NCBI GenBank assembly: GCA_002869015.1
Contig: PKTT01000039.1
Span: forward strand, 11,997-75,996
Direction of reading: 5' to 3'
Source: Deltaproteobacteria bacterium
GTDB lineage: Bacteria; Desulfobacterota; Deferrisomatia; Deferrisomatales; BM512
DNA: 64,000 bases
Positions 1-10,050 of the stretch are shown one piece after another. The first letter of the stretch is position 1; each line of letters begins with the position of its first letter. Under the pieces are notes generated by a model. It made no database searches. It was given only the letters and a program-made list of their open reading frames with translations, and was not told where the DNA came from. Both the position numbers and the translations under genes were made by a program.

Positions 1-796
1 AGACCGCCGACTTGGCGGCGCGTCTCAGCTGCTCTTCAGGCACCCCCACCGCGCCCTCCAGATCGCCTCCATACTGATTTATCATATCTACGAACGCTGG
101 GACTACGCTAGAGGCACCATGAAGGACTATTGGGAAGCCGGGGAGCCTCTTTTCTATCTCCTCAAGTATATCAAAACGAAGCGGCGGCACCTCAACCTGA
201 CTCTTCACCTTAAATTTGTATGCTCCGTGGCTGGTGCCGATTGAGATAGCAAGCGAGTCACAACCCGCCCGCTCAACAAACTCCTCAACCTCTTCGGGTT
301 TTGTATAGCTTGAGGTCTCATGGCTTACCTCATCCTCAATTCCGGCGAGAACACCGAGCTCACCCTCTACTGTAACTCCACGGGGCCTGGCGTACTCGAC
401 GACCTTTTTGGTGAGGGCTATATTATCCTCAAAGGAGTGAGCTGAGCCATCGATCATAACGGAGCTGAAACCAGCTTCAATGCAGGATACGCAAAGCTCA
501 AAGTTCGCGCCGTGGTCGAGGTGGAGGGTTATGGGGATATTCGACCCTTTGGCGCGCGCCATCTCGACTGCGCCAGCAGCCATGTGCCGCAGCATTATCT
601 CGTTCGCGTAGTTTCTCGCGCCACTTGAAACCTGGAGGATTACCGGGCTGGACGTCTCCACGCAGGCGTTTACGATAGCCTGAAGCTGCTCCATATTATT
701 AAAGTTGTAGGCTGGAATTGCATAACCGCCCGCCAACGCTTTTTCAAACATCTCTTTGGTGTTAACGAGGCCGAGGTCTCTATAATCTACAGCCAT
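1..796 (-). CDS. fba: Class II fructose-1,6-bisphosphate aldolase (3' end runs off window)
   Basis: Manual translation from ATG 796: MAVDYRDLGLVNTKEMFEKALAGGYAIPAYNFNN...LHLDHG...SVMIDGS...VEGELG...GTSHGAYK...VLHGASS. SD GGAGGGAG upstream. Not in ORF track. Confidence 0.93.
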   Translation of the reverse strand, partial: MAVDYRDLGLVNTKEMFEKALAGGYAIPAYNFNNMEQLQAIVNACVETSSPVILQVSSGARNYANEIMLRHMAAGAVEMARAKGSNIPITLHLDHGANFELCVSCIEAGFSSVMIDGSAHSFEDNIALTKKVVEYARPRGVTVEGELGVLAGIEDEVSHETSSYTKPEEVEEFVERAGCDSLAISIGTSHGAYKFKVKSQVEVPPLRFDILEEIEKRLPGFPIVLHGASSVVPAFVDMINQYGGDLEGAVGVPEEQLRRAAKSAV

Positions 797-877
797 CAAA
801 GCTCCCTCCATACAAACTTGTAACAGCGCCTTACCCGAAGGCGAGATTCTACCCTAAAGAAAGATGCTACGCAGCAC

Positions 878-1306
878 TTAATCCACCCAAAGGGAGAGGC
901 CGGTGGCCTCCTCAGGGCCTCGAACAAGCGCTTCGCCGATTAACTCCTCTATTATGTACTCACAGGCAAACACCACTGTGCCAGGAGCAAGATGCCCGCC
1001 CCGGCAGTGCCCGCCTGCGTCATCTCCCAGGGTTACATGGGCGTGTAGCATTGTCTCATTATTTATTGTGGATACATTGCCTAAGAGGGCCAAGAGCTCC
1101 ATCGGCTCGGCTATCTCAATGTACTCATAGACCTTTATGTCCTGATCATAAAAGCCCACGGTAGCCGACTCGACCGCGCCTATAGCCTCTACACGGCCTA
1201 TCTTCACGCCCTCCTTAACACACACATCAGTGAGCGCAGCCAGAAGGTCATCCCCTCGCTCCAACCGCCCAATGAAAATACGGCCACGATTAACTTCTCT
1301 ACGCAT
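878..1306 (-). CDS. PPC/DUF296 domain protein
   Basis: RLERGDDLL...AIGAV...ELLALLGNV...HAHVTLG...GGHL signature. Confidence 0.85.
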   Translation of the reverse strand: MRREVNRGRIFIGRLERGDDLLAALTDVCVKEGVKIGRVEAIGAVESATVGFYDQDIKVYEYIEIAEPMELLALLGNVSTINNETMLHAHVTLGDDAGGHCRGGHLAPGTVVFACEYIIEELIGEALVRGPEEATGLSLWVD

Positions 1307-1503
1307 GGTCCTCTCCCATCTTTATCTATTTCTTATGTTGCGATTTTAATCCATCAATCAGCGGATATAAAGCCATGCACTCTCTTTTTCAAAACGCTAA
1401 TTTTGCAACATTTTTGTATTTTTACACTTTCCACAATACGAATTTGTTACCGCACTTTTGAGGATAATCTTTGTAAACATTTGTTATTAAAGTATTTTCA
1501 CCC

Positions 1504-1520
1504 TTGGAACACAATTTGCT
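1504..1520 (+). promoter_or_regulatory. sigma54 (-24/-12) promoter of amtB-glnK
   Basis: TTGGAACACAATTTGCT: GG(1506-7)-N10-GC(1518-9), ~55 nt before amtB ATG; expected for a nitrogen-regulated operon. Confidence 0.75.
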
Positions 1521-1575
1521 TAAGCTACAAACGACGTTAACTTTCAACGCCATACAAAAAAGGGAGGCAACCCAA

Positions 1576-2850
1576 ATGAATCGAAAGACAGGCTTCTTCG
1601 GAATCCTCGCAATGTCCATCCTTGCCCTCGCGGGCCCTGCTTTTGCCGACGAGCTAAGTGGCGGCGACACCGCATGGGTAATGACATCCTCGGCCCTGGT
1701 GCTCTTGATGCTGCCGGGCCTGGCGCTGTTTTACGCCGGGATGGTCCGCTCAAAGAACGTCCTTTCAACAACGATGATGAGCTTCATATGTATGGGCGTC
1801 ATCGCCATCCAGTGGGTGGTTTACGGCTACTCTCTGGCTTTCGGCGGCGGCGCGCATCCCCTGATCGGCGGCCTCGATACGCTTATGCTATCAAGCATAT
1901 CCCCCGAAACCCTCTCCGGTAGCATCCCCACCTATGTCTTTATCGCATTTCAGGGAATGTTTGCCATAATAACCCCCGCCCTTATAAGCGGCGCGGTTGT
2001 GGAGCGGATGAAGTTCTCTGCCTTCACCATCTTCATCATCCTTTGGGCAACCCTCGTTTACGACCCGCTCTGCCACTGGGTATGGGGAGAGGGCGGCTGG
2101 CTGCTGGAGCTCGGAGCCCTTGACTTCGCAGGCGGCACTGTCGTCCACATAAGCTCCGGCGTATCCGCCCTGGCGGCTATCCTTGTCCTGGGCAAAAGGC
2201 GCGGCTTCCTAAAAGAGCAGTTCGTTCCACACAACTTGACGATGACGCTCCTTGGCTCAGGGCTCCTATGGTTTGGTTGGTTCGGCTTTAATGCCGGCTC
2301 CTCGCTCGCCGCCAACGGCACCGCCGCAATGGCCTTCCTCTCAACCAACACGGCATCGGCAGCTGGCCTTGTCGGTTGGCTTATCATCGAGAAGATTAAG
2401 TTCGGCAAGCCGAGCGCGCTGGGCGCCGCCTCCGGCTGCGTTGCCGGCCTCGTCGCCATTACCCCCGGCGCAGGTTTCATAACCCCTGCATGGGCAATTC
2501 CCGTCGGGTTTATCGCCGGCATACTCTGCTTCCAGGGCGTCTGCCTAAAGAACAAATTTGGCTACGATGATTCTCTGGACGTCCTTGGAGTCCACGGAAT
2601 TGGCGGCACCTGGGGAGCCATCGCAACCGGACTAGTTGCTACAGTCGGGACCGGCAGCCTCATCACAGGTGACATACATCAGCTCTGGGTACAGGTGATT
2701 GGCGTACTTGCCGCGGCTACCTACGCCTTTGTAGTGACCTTCATTATTATCAAGGTGCTTGACGCTGTAATAGGAATCAGGGCAAGCGAAGCTGAAGAGA
2801 TTGAGGGCCTTGACCAGTCACAGCACGGCGAAGTCGGATACTCACTTTAA
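1576..2850 (+). CDS. amtB: Ammonium transporter AmtB
   Basis: GDTAW...PGLALFYAGMVRSKN, DFAGGTVVH, WFGWFGFNAGS, DDSLDVLGVHG. Start moved to ATG 1576 (SD GGGAGG). Confidence 0.96.
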   Translation: MNRKTGFFGILAMSILALAGPAFADELSGGDTAWVMTSSALVLLMLPGLALFYAGMVRSKNVLSTTMMSFICMGVIAIQWVVYGYSLAFGGGAHPLIGGLDTLMLSSISPETLSGSIPTYVFIAFQGMFAIITPALISGAVVERMKFSAFTIFIILWATLVYDPLCHWVWGEGGWLLELGALDFAGGTVVHISSGVSALAAILVLGKRRGFLKEQFVPHNLTMTLLGSGLLWFGWFGFNAGSSLAANGTAAMAFLSTNTASAAGLVGWLIIEKIKFGKPSALGAASGCVAGLVAITPGAGFITPAWAIPVGFIAGILCFQGVCLKNKFGYDDSLDVLGVHGIGGTWGAIATGLVATVGTGSLITGDIHQLWVQVIGVLAAATYAFVVTFIIIKVLDAVIGIRASEAEEIEGLDQSQHGEVGYSL

Positions 2851-3207
<357 letters not shown>

Positions 3208-3229
3208 ATTTAAAAGTAACTTTTCCATT

Positions 3230-3259
3230 AAAAAAGGCCCCGCATTGCGGGGCCTTTTT
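3230..3259. terminator. Bidirectional intrinsic terminator
   Basis: AAAAAAGGCCCCGCATTGCGGGGCCTTTTT between convergent genes. Confidence 0.85.
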
Positions 3260-3277
3260 ATTTATACCAGCTATCCG

Positions 3278-4567
3278 TTAGGCGCCGAGAACCAGGTTGA
3301 CGAGGCAGAGAATAGCAACTACCACCAATACTGGATTCAGGTCCTTCATCTTCCCTAGGAGGAGCTTCAGGAGGACGTAGGAGAGGAAGCCGAAGACCAG
3401 TCCATTTGCGATTGAGTAGGTAAGCGGCATGAGGATGATGGTGAGGAAGGCGGGTATCCCCTCATCGACGTTGTTAAAGTCTATGCGGTGAATGCCGCGG
3501 GTCATGTGAAGCCCGACTATAACTAGCGCCGGTGCTGTTGCAAAGGCGGGCACCATCCCTATTATCGGCCCGAAGAAGGCAGCCAGGAGAAATAGTATGC
3601 CTGTCACTATCGAGGTAAAACCTGTGCGGCCGCCCGCCGCTACACCAGATGCCGACTCAATGTAGGTCGTGGTGGTTGAGGTGCCCAGAAAAGCGCCAAA
3701 GACGGTGGCGACCGCGTCGGCGCCCAACATCTTACCTATATTCCTGACGCGGCCATCCTTTTCGACCATATCCGCTTCATGCGCTACGGCTAGCATGGTT
3801 CCAAGGGAGTCGAAGAGGTCGACGAACATGAAGGTGAAGATGGGCACTGCAAGGGCTGTGGTGAGCGCTCCCGCAACATCCAGCTTCATCGCGATTGGAG
3901 CCATTGAGGCAGGTGTGGAGACTACCGCGCCGGGGGCATGTACCAGCCCGAAGACAAAGCCGATGATGGTGGTCGCGAAGATGCCTATTAGAATGGCGCC
4001 CCGGACCTTCATAACCTCAAGCACGCTCATTATGATTAGGCCGATAAGGCCACAGAGAACCGGAGTGTCAATTTTACCCAGCCCCACCAGCACGGCATCG
4101 TTATTTACTATCAATCCAAGGTTTCTAAGTCCTATGAAGGTGATGAACAGACCTATGCCGACAGAGGTGGAGAGCCTGAGGCTTGCCGGGATTGCGTCTA
4201 CAATCTTCTCGCGAATACCCACGGCGGTGAGGATTAGGAAGAGCACGCCGGAGATGAATACTACGCCAAGGGCGGTCTGCCACGGTATACCCATCCCAAG
4301 GCAAAGGCCAAAGGCGAAGAAGGCGTTCACCCCCATGCCCGGCGCCATCATCAGCGGGGCATTGGCCCAAAGGCCCATGAGGATCGTCGCAAGCCCGGAG
4401 ACAACGCAGGTGGTTGTGATGAGGGCTCCCTTGTCCATACCCGTTGCGGATAGGATGTCGGGGTTGACGAAGATGATGTAAGCCGCAGTCAAAAATGTAG
4501 TTAATCCTGCTATCGACTCCGTCTTTACGTTTGTTGCGTGTGCCTTGAATTTAAAAAATTTTTCCAT
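3278..4567 (-). CDS. NCS2/AzgA-type purine permease
   Basis: TESIAGLTTFLT, APGMGVNAFF, DLFDSLGT, YIESASGVAAGGRTG, MPLTYSIANG; start at MEKFF (4567). Confidence 0.9.
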   Translation of the reverse strand: MEKFFKFKAHATNVKTESIAGLTTFLTAAYIIFVNPDILSATGMDKGALITTTCVVSGLATILMGLWANAPLMMAPGMGVNAFFAFGLCLGMGIPWQTALGVVFISGVLFLILTAVGIREKIVDAIPASLRLSTSVGIGLFITFIGLRNLGLIVNNDAVLVGLGKIDTPVLCGLIGLIIMSVLEVMKVRGAILIGIFATTIIGFVFGLVHAPGAVVSTPASMAPIAMKLDVAGALTTALAVPIFTFMFVDLFDSLGTMLAVAHEADMVEKDGRVRNIGKMLGADAVATVFGAFLGTSTTTTYIESASGVAAGGRTGFTSIVTGILFLLAAFFGPIIGMVPAFATAPALVIVGLHMTRGIHRIDFNNVDEGIPAFLTIILMPLTYSIANGLVFGFLSYVLLKLLLGKMKDLNPVLVVVAILCLVNLVLGA

Positions 4568-4742
4568 TCCTACTCTCCCTCCTGTCCCCTTAAATGGGTA
4601 TAGAAAATAAAGTTTGTATAACTTACCGCTAAGTGCGTGATTTAACAAGCTCCCTTGACTTGCAAAATCACCCGAATGGTGCAAAATCTAAGAGTGCAAG
4701 TGTTGGACTTCTGGACACCCTTACGCTGGAAGAGAGGCTGCC

Positions 4743-6488
4743 ATGAAAGACCGTATCATCAGAGTTAACATGAAAACACTGACAGTAACCGAGGAAGCGC
4801 TGCCGGAGAAATACGCCGCTTACGGCGGTCGCGCTATGACTTCGGCGATCATCGCGGATGAAGTCCCCCCCCTTGCGGTGCCCCTTGGCCCGGAGAATAA
4901 GCTGATCTTCGCCCCCGGCATCCTCGGAGGCACAGCATCGGCAAACTCCGGCAGGTTATCCGTGGGCGCAAAGAGCCCCCTCACGGGGGGAATAAAAGAG
5001 GCTAACGCTGGCGGGCAGGCTGCGCAGGTTATGGCCCGCATGGGCATAAGGGCGCTGATTGTTGAGGATAAACCCGAGGATCCCTCCAAGGTCTACACCC
5101 TTGAGGTTGACACCGAATCGGCAAAGCTGGTGGAAACTCCCGAGCTTAAGGGGCTGGGCAATTACGACGCGGTGGATAAGCTGATAGGCAAATACGGCGA
5201 CAAGCATACCGCCCTCGTCACAATAGGCATGGCTGGAGAAATGGGTCTTTTAGCGGCATCGATAGCCTGCACCGACCGCGAGCTTCGCCCGACAAGGCAC
5301 GCAGGTAGGGGCGGCCTTGGCGCTGTCATGGGCTCCAAAGGGCTTAAAGCGATTTACTTTAACGATGAGGGAACAAAAACTCGTGAGCCAGTGGATAAGG
5401 AAGCCTTCAAAACAGCGGCTAGAAAGTTTGCGGCGGCGCTACTGGAGCACCCAGTAACCGGCGAAGGGCTCCCGACCTACGGCACCAACGTCCTGCAAAA
5501 CGTCATAAACGAAGCGGGCGGTTTGCCGACAAAGAACTTTCGCGAAGGCTCTTTTGACGGCGCCTCAAAGATCTCCGGAGAGGTACAGCATGACGTTATC
5601 CTGGAACGCGGCGGTAAAGTTGCCCATGGCTGCCATTCAGGCTGTGTCATCCGCTGCTCCCGCATATACAACGATAAAGATGGCAACTACCTGACCAAGG
5701 GGCCGGAGTATGAGACGATCTGGTCCCATGGCGGCAACTGCCTAATCGATGACCTTGACGCCATAGCGGTGATGGACCGTATGGATGATGATATCGGCCT
5801 TGACACCATTGAGATGGGCGCGACCATAGGCGTAGCGATGGATGCTGGAATTTGCGACTTTGGCGACGCCGAGGGCGCGATAAAGCTCCTTGAAGAGGTG
5901 CGCGATGGAACTCCCCTTGGGCGCATACTTGGTTCCGGCGCGAAGGTGACGGGCCAGTGTTTCGGCGTGGACCACGTACCTGAGGTTAAGGGGCAGGCTC
6001 TACCAGCCTATGACCCACGCTCCATTCAGGGAATAGGTGTAACCTATGCGACGTCGACCATGGGCGGAGACCACACGGCGGGGTATGCTATCGCCACCAA
6101 TATTTTGAAGGTAGGCGGCTTTGTCGACCCATTGAAGCCGGAGGGGCAGGTCGAACTCTCCCGCAATCTCCAAATCGCCACCGCCGCACTCGACGCTGCC
6201 GGCCTCTGCATCTTCGTCGCCTTTGCCGTCCTCGATAAGCCTGAAGCGTTTGAGGCTATATATGAGATGATAAATGCAATGTACGGCCTGAATCTCGGCC
6301 CCGACGATGTGACCGCCCTCGGCAAGGATGTGCTCGCAATCGAGCGCAGATACAACGAAGCCGCGGGCTTTACCAACGCAGACGACAGGCTCCCCCGGTG
6401 GATGTACACAGAACCCCTGCCACCTCACAATACAGTCTTCTCGGTCACAGACGCGGAGCTCGACGAGTTCTATAACTTCATGGATTAA
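4743..6488 (+). CDS. aor: Aldehyde:ferredoxin oxidoreductase (W/Mo-pterin AOR family)
   Basis: KSPLTGGIKEANAGG, AGRGGLGAVMGSKGLKA, CHSGCVIRC, GPEYET, GLDTI, DDRLP. Confidence 0.93.
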   Translation: MKDRIIRVNMKTLTVTEEALPEKYAAYGGRAMTSAIIADEVPPLAVPLGPENKLIFAPGILGGTASANSGRLSVGAKSPLTGGIKEANAGGQAAQVMARMGIRALIVEDKPEDPSKVYTLEVDTESAKLVETPELKGLGNYDAVDKLIGKYGDKHTALVTIGMAGEMGLLAASIACTDRELRPTRHAGRGGLGAVMGSKGLKAIYFNDEGTKTREPVDKEAFKTAARKFAAALLEHPVTGEGLPTYGTNVLQNVINEAGGLPTKNFREGSFDGASKISGEVQHDVILERGGKVAHGCHSGCVIRCSRIYNDKDGNYLTKGPEYETIWSHGGNCLIDDLDAIAVMDRMDDDIGLDTIEMGATIGVAMDAGICDFGDAEGAIKLLEEVRDGTPLGRILGSGAKVTGQCFGVDHVPEVKGQALPAYDPRSIQGIGVTYATSTMGGDHTAGYAIATNILKVGGFVDPLKPEGQVELSRNLQIATAALDAAGLCIFVAFAVLDKPEAFEAIYEMINAMYGLNLGPDDVTALGKDVLAIERRYNEAAGFTNADDRLPRWMYTEPLPPHNTVFSVTDAELDEFYNFMD

Positions 6489-6554
6489 ACTATCTAAAAG
6501 GGAGGGGCGCGCTAAGCCCCTCCCTCTCTTCCTCTACTGGGGATTATATAAATT

Positions 6555-6863
6555 ATGGGAGAAAACAAAGCGCCCCTGAGACTTATTCTCGGCGGCAAAC
6601 TCACCACATACCACCCCGACGCAAAGCGCGGAGCGGTGGAGGTGGATCTTGAAACACCTACTCGTGTGGATTCGCTCCTCAAGGGGTTGGGCATACCGGT
6701 TAAAGAGGCAAGAGTCCTAATGCTTAACCACAAAAAAGCATTTCTTAACTCCATAGTCCGCCCCGGAGACAGGCTGGGAATCTTCCCCCCAGAGCTTGCC
6801 TTCAACCTCTACGTAGCCTTGGAGCTTGCCCACAACGATGAGGAGTGCGCCGGTGAAAGTTAA
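6555..6863 (+). CDS. MoaD/ThiS-like ubiquitin-fold protein without C-terminal Gly-Gly
   Basis: TRVDSLLKGLGIP...LN...VRPGDRLGIFPP followed by a 22-aa tail instead of GG. Confidence 0.7.
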   Translation: MGENKAPLRLILGGKLTTYHPDAKRGAVEVDLETPTRVDSLLKGLGIPVKEARVLMLNHKKAFLNSIVRPGDRLGIFPPELAFNLYVALELAHNDEECAGES

Positions 6864-7086
6864 TATCAAATTCTTTGCGGGGCTAAGAAAGTTCTCTCCC
6901 GATGGGGAAGGGTATGGAGCGCTAAGCGTTGAGAGCGATTCTACCGTGGGAGACATTCTAGACCACCTTAATGTCCCACCTGAAAAACCCTCAATAATTT
7001 TGATCAATGGAGTTCATGGCAACCGCCAGAGCGTTTTAAAAGATGGCGACACCCTCTCTGTTTTCCCGCCTGTTGCCGGGGGTTGA
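6853..7086 (+). CDS. moaD: MoaD/ThiS sulfur carrier protein
   Basis: VKVNIKFFAGLR...LKDGDTLSVFPPVAGG*; GTG 6853 with SD GAGGAG. Confidence 0.88.
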   Translation: MKVNIKFFAGLRKFSPDGEGYGALSVESDSTVGDILDHLNVPPEKPSIILINGVHGNRQSVLKDGDTLSVFPPVAGG

Positions 7087-7148
7087 GGCATCAGATATTT
7101 ACCCCCTCATATAATTAACTTTACACATCTCTAATATCACCGCCCAAC

Positions 7149-7177
7149 TTGACTATAGCTTGGTCGATATTTATATT
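7149..7177 (+). promoter_or_regulatory. sigma70-type promoter
   Basis: TTGACT-N17-TATATT upstream of the DUF2318 gene. Confidence 0.5.
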
Positions 7178-7271
7178 TCACCAGAGAGAAAATATAAGTG
7201 TTTCAAAAAAGCCTGAAGCAATCTTTAAACGGCGCTCCAATTTGGAGTTTTTAAATTGAGGAGATAGGGTT

Positions 7272-7838
7272 ATGTCCAACGACAAGCTGGATGCCAAGAA
7301 AAAAGCGGTGACGGAAAAAAGTGGTCCTAATTTCACTATTATAGCAATTATTGGTGGCCTAATTGTGATAGGGGCTTTTGTGTTTTTAAAGGGCATGGGT
7401 GACGACAAGGTCAAAGCGACGGAGGCAAAACCTGTACATACGGCTGCCGCAGCAGCCTCAAATGAAGCTGCCAGTGAGAGTGATGTTGTTCGCTTGAAGG
7501 TATCCGACTTTGATGACGGCGAAGCGCGCTTTTATAACTACACGACCAAAGATGGCCTCGCGATTCGCTACTTCGCGGTGAAATCCACCGATGGAGTTAT
7601 CCGCGCCGCTTTCGACGCGTGTGACTCCTGCTGGCGCTCCGGCAAAGGCTACAGGCAGGATGGCGACACCATGATATGCAACAACTGCGGCCTTGTCTTC
7701 CCCACGAATAAGATCAATGAGGTCAAGGGTGGCTGCAACCCCGCACCCTTAAAGCGCACAATAGAGGGAGATGAAGTGGTAATTTCAATCTCCGACATCA
7801 TAGGTGGCAGTTCATACTTCGACCTTAGAAGAAAGTAA
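7272..7838 (+). CDS. DUF2318 membrane-anchored Fe-S protein (FtrD-like)
   Basis: N-terminal TM; AFDACDSC...GY.Q.GD..ICNNC...GGCNPAPL. Confidence 0.82.
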   Translation: MSNDKLDAKKKAVTEKSGPNFTIIAIIGGLIVIGAFVFLKGMGDDKVKATEAKPVHTAAAAASNEAASESDVVRLKVSDFDDGEARFYNYTTKDGLAIRYFAVKSTDGVIRAAFDACDSCWRSGKGYRQDGDTMICNNCGLVFPTNKINEVKGGCNPAPLKRTIEGDEVVISISDIIGGSSYFDLRRK

Positions 7839-7859
7839 TCACCTCCATAAAATAGAGTC

Positions 7860-7885
7860 AAAAGGCCGCCACCGAGCGGCCTTTT
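7860..7885 (+). terminator. Intrinsic terminator
   Basis: AAAAGGCCGC-CACCGA-GCGGCCTTTT. Confidence 0.75.
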
Positions 7886-7957
7886 CTCTTTGGTCCTATT
7901 GACTTACAGATCAATTGCCTAAATAGTGGTTGTCACTTTTCTCTCACAGGATACTAA

Positions 7958-8917
7958 ATGGACTTTGAACCGATAAGTGAACTCCCTTTAACCGCTTCAA
8001 ACCTGGACCGGGCTACTGCGAAGAGGCGCGATCCCATATGGCTTGAAGGGCTCAAGGATGACCCGACGACGAGATTCATAGCGACAAAAGATGGCAACGC
8101 CTTCTACCGTAATGGTGAGCAAAACGCTTTGCTTTTTTTCACTTTGGATGAGGTTAAATCAGCGGGGATATCATCAGCCGAGTCAATTTTCCTGGGTATG
8201 TCAGATACCTCTCCCTTCTTTTCTTTAAACCTAACTGACGACAACACTGAGGATGGAATTGCAAATTTCGGAGAATTTATTGATTTAAGAAAGTCTGCGC
8301 CCCTTCTTTCCCCCTTGGAGGGTGAGATAGCCACTTTGGTTAAGGCAATTCACCACTGGCGTGAGAACCATATTTTCTGCGGCAGGTGCGGTGCGCCCAA
8401 TCTTCCCCATGAGGGAGGCAACATACTCAAGTGCTCCGATGAAGAGTGCGGCAGACTACACTTCCCGAGGACAGATGCAGCTGTAATTGTCGTTGTTGAG
8501 TGGGGAGACAAATGCCTCCTAGGCCGCCAACGCCAGTGGCCCAACCGAATGTTCTCCTGCCTGGCCGGGTTCGTAGACCCAGGCGAGACAATAGAGAACA
8601 CCGTCCGTCGAGAGGTCTTGGAGGAGACGGGGGTTAAGGTTGGAGAGGTCCGCTACATGGCTTCACAGCCCTGGCCCTTTCCCGCCTCGCTCATGCTCGG
8701 CTTCCGGGCGAAGGCGCTCTCGGACGAGATAAATATTGACCCGGAAGAGATAGATGAGGCCAGATGGTTTTCACGTGGAGAGATAAAAGAAGCCTTCCTT
8801 AGGGGAGACCTTACACTGCCCGGCCGGATTTCAATCTCCCGCTGGCTCTTGGAGGGGTGGTTCAATGAAGGTGAGGAGGGAGAACTTTCGGCGATTGAAG
8901 CGACAAAAAAGAGATGA
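7958..8917 (+). CDS. nudC: NAD(H) diphosphatase / NAD-cap decapping Nudix hydrolase
   Basis: FCGRCG zinc ribbon, AGFVDPGETIE..VRREVLEETG Nudix box, SQPWPFPASLM. Confidence 0.93.
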   Translation: MDFEPISELPLTASNLDRATAKRRDPIWLEGLKDDPTTRFIATKDGNAFYRNGEQNALLFFTLDEVKSAGISSAESIFLGMSDTSPFFSLNLTDDNTEDGIANFGEFIDLRKSAPLLSPLEGEIATLVKAIHHWRENHIFCGRCGAPNLPHEGGNILKCSDEECGRLHFPRTDAAVIVVVEWGDKCLLGRQRQWPNRMFSCLAGFVDPGETIENTVRREVLEETGVKVGEVRYMASQPWPFPASLMLGFRAKALSDEINIDPEEIDEARWFSRGEIKEAFLRGDLTLPGRISISRWLLEGWFNEGEEGELSAIEATKKR

Positions 8918-8991
8918 CGTTGCTTTGTGTAATAACCATTAAAGTGTAGGCTCTGTGCCGATAAACCAAATAATAAACGTGGTAAAGACTG

Positions 8992-9321
8992 ATGAAATTT
9001 CAAAGCGCAAAAGAAGTTTTTGACAAGATGTCGGAGTTTTTTGACTCGGAGGCCGCCGCCGGGGCCAAAGTAATTTACCAATTTCATATTACTGATGCCG
9101 ACCCTGCCGACTACACAGTTGCGATAGAAAATGGGGCGCTTGAAGTCTCTGAGGGGATTCACGAAAACCCTACCCTCACCCTCTCCATGCTGGAAGAAAA
9201 TTGGCTAAAGTTGGTTGAGGGCAAACTAAATCCTGCAATGGCCTTCATGTCCGGCAAGATCAAGGCAAAGGGCGACCTATTCATAGCGCAAAAATTCGGG
9301 ACCTATTTCAAGCTTTCCTGA
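8992..9321 (+). CDS. SCP2 sterol/lipid-binding domain protein
   Basis: GKLNPAMAFMSGKIKAKGD signature. Confidence 0.85.
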   Translation: MKFQSAKEVFDKMSEFFDSEAAAGAKVIYQFHITDADPADYTVAIENGALEVSEGIHENPTLTLSMLEENWLKLVEGKLNPAMAFMSGKIKAKGDLFIAQKFGTYFKLS

Positions 9322-9709
9322 GCAAAAACTAAAAATCAGACCGTGGCGAAGGGGAGGGGGCACCCCTTTCCCTTGGTTCTGCAAATTTTTATATATTTCT
9401 CAAAATTTTTTCTTAATTTTTTTCACTCCATTTCACACCGGCATATCAAGTGAAGATGCGCACATACTTCCTTGTTATTTCGTGCACTTTCCCCATCTTA
9501 TTAGTCAATTATTAATCCAACCGTAATTGAGCATTTATTCACATTATAACCGCGTTTGTTATAGTGTAACCGATTTCCCCTTGTGGCACTTGACTTTTTT
9601 TAAGCCGGAGGTACGATCACAGCAGATGGCAATAGCCATCTAAAAAACTCCGGTTACTTAAAATCACTTTCCCGGAGACAAAAAAAAGGACAGGAGAAAG
9701 GAGTTCATC

Positions 9710-9949
9710 ATGATTAAGGGCATCTTCATAGCGGGGGCAGCCTCGTTCCTTTTCGGGCTCCCAAGCTTTAGCGCAGTCACTGTTTCCAACATACCCGGCT
9801 ACCTCTACCTTATGCTCACAATAATTGCTGGTGTGATTATCGGTGGAATAGCCTTGGAGAAAGCCCGCAAGATGACCGAGGATAAGATCGTCGAGAGGGT
9901 TCTCCGTAACAAGGATGAAAAACTTGAAGGAGTTGAGCGAGCCGCTTAA
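9710..9949 (+). CDS. Small hypothetical membrane protein (2 hydrophobic segments)
   Basis: Strong SD AAGGAG, 79 aa, promoter TTGACT-N16-TACGAT at 9590-9617, hairpin downstream. Confidence 0.65.
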   Translation: MIKGIFIAGAASFLFGLPSFSAVTVSNIPGYLYLMLTIIAGVIIGGIALEKARKMTEDKIVERVLRNKDEKLEGVERAA

Positions 9950-10050
9950 GTCGCGCCATGCCCAACTCGAGAATTGAAAGAGGCCGCCCCTTTTGGGGAG
10001 CGGCCTCTACTTGTTTTGACTTCCGGGGGCTGCGCGAAAACGGCTACAAG

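Noticed and set aside
3669-4481. Long antisense ORF (270 aa), and similar shadows such as 44686..45225, 33787..34371 and 55927..56520
   Set aside because: They are antisense to well-supported genes, with no family motifs and no RBS.
4667-4683. NtrC-like box ATCACCCGAATGGTGCA and TGCAAAATC direct repeat between the permease and aor
   Set aside because: I found no matching sigma54 -24/-12 element nearby, and it overlaps a plausible sigma70 promoter; insufficient support.
4568-4742. Purine riboswitch upstream of the NCS2 permease
   Set aside because: No purine-aptamer consensus is recognisable.
7084-7086. Other UGA stops (moaD, nudC, msrB, permease, cysK) as possible Sec codons
   Set aside because: They fall at the expected family C-termini, with no homology continuing downstream.
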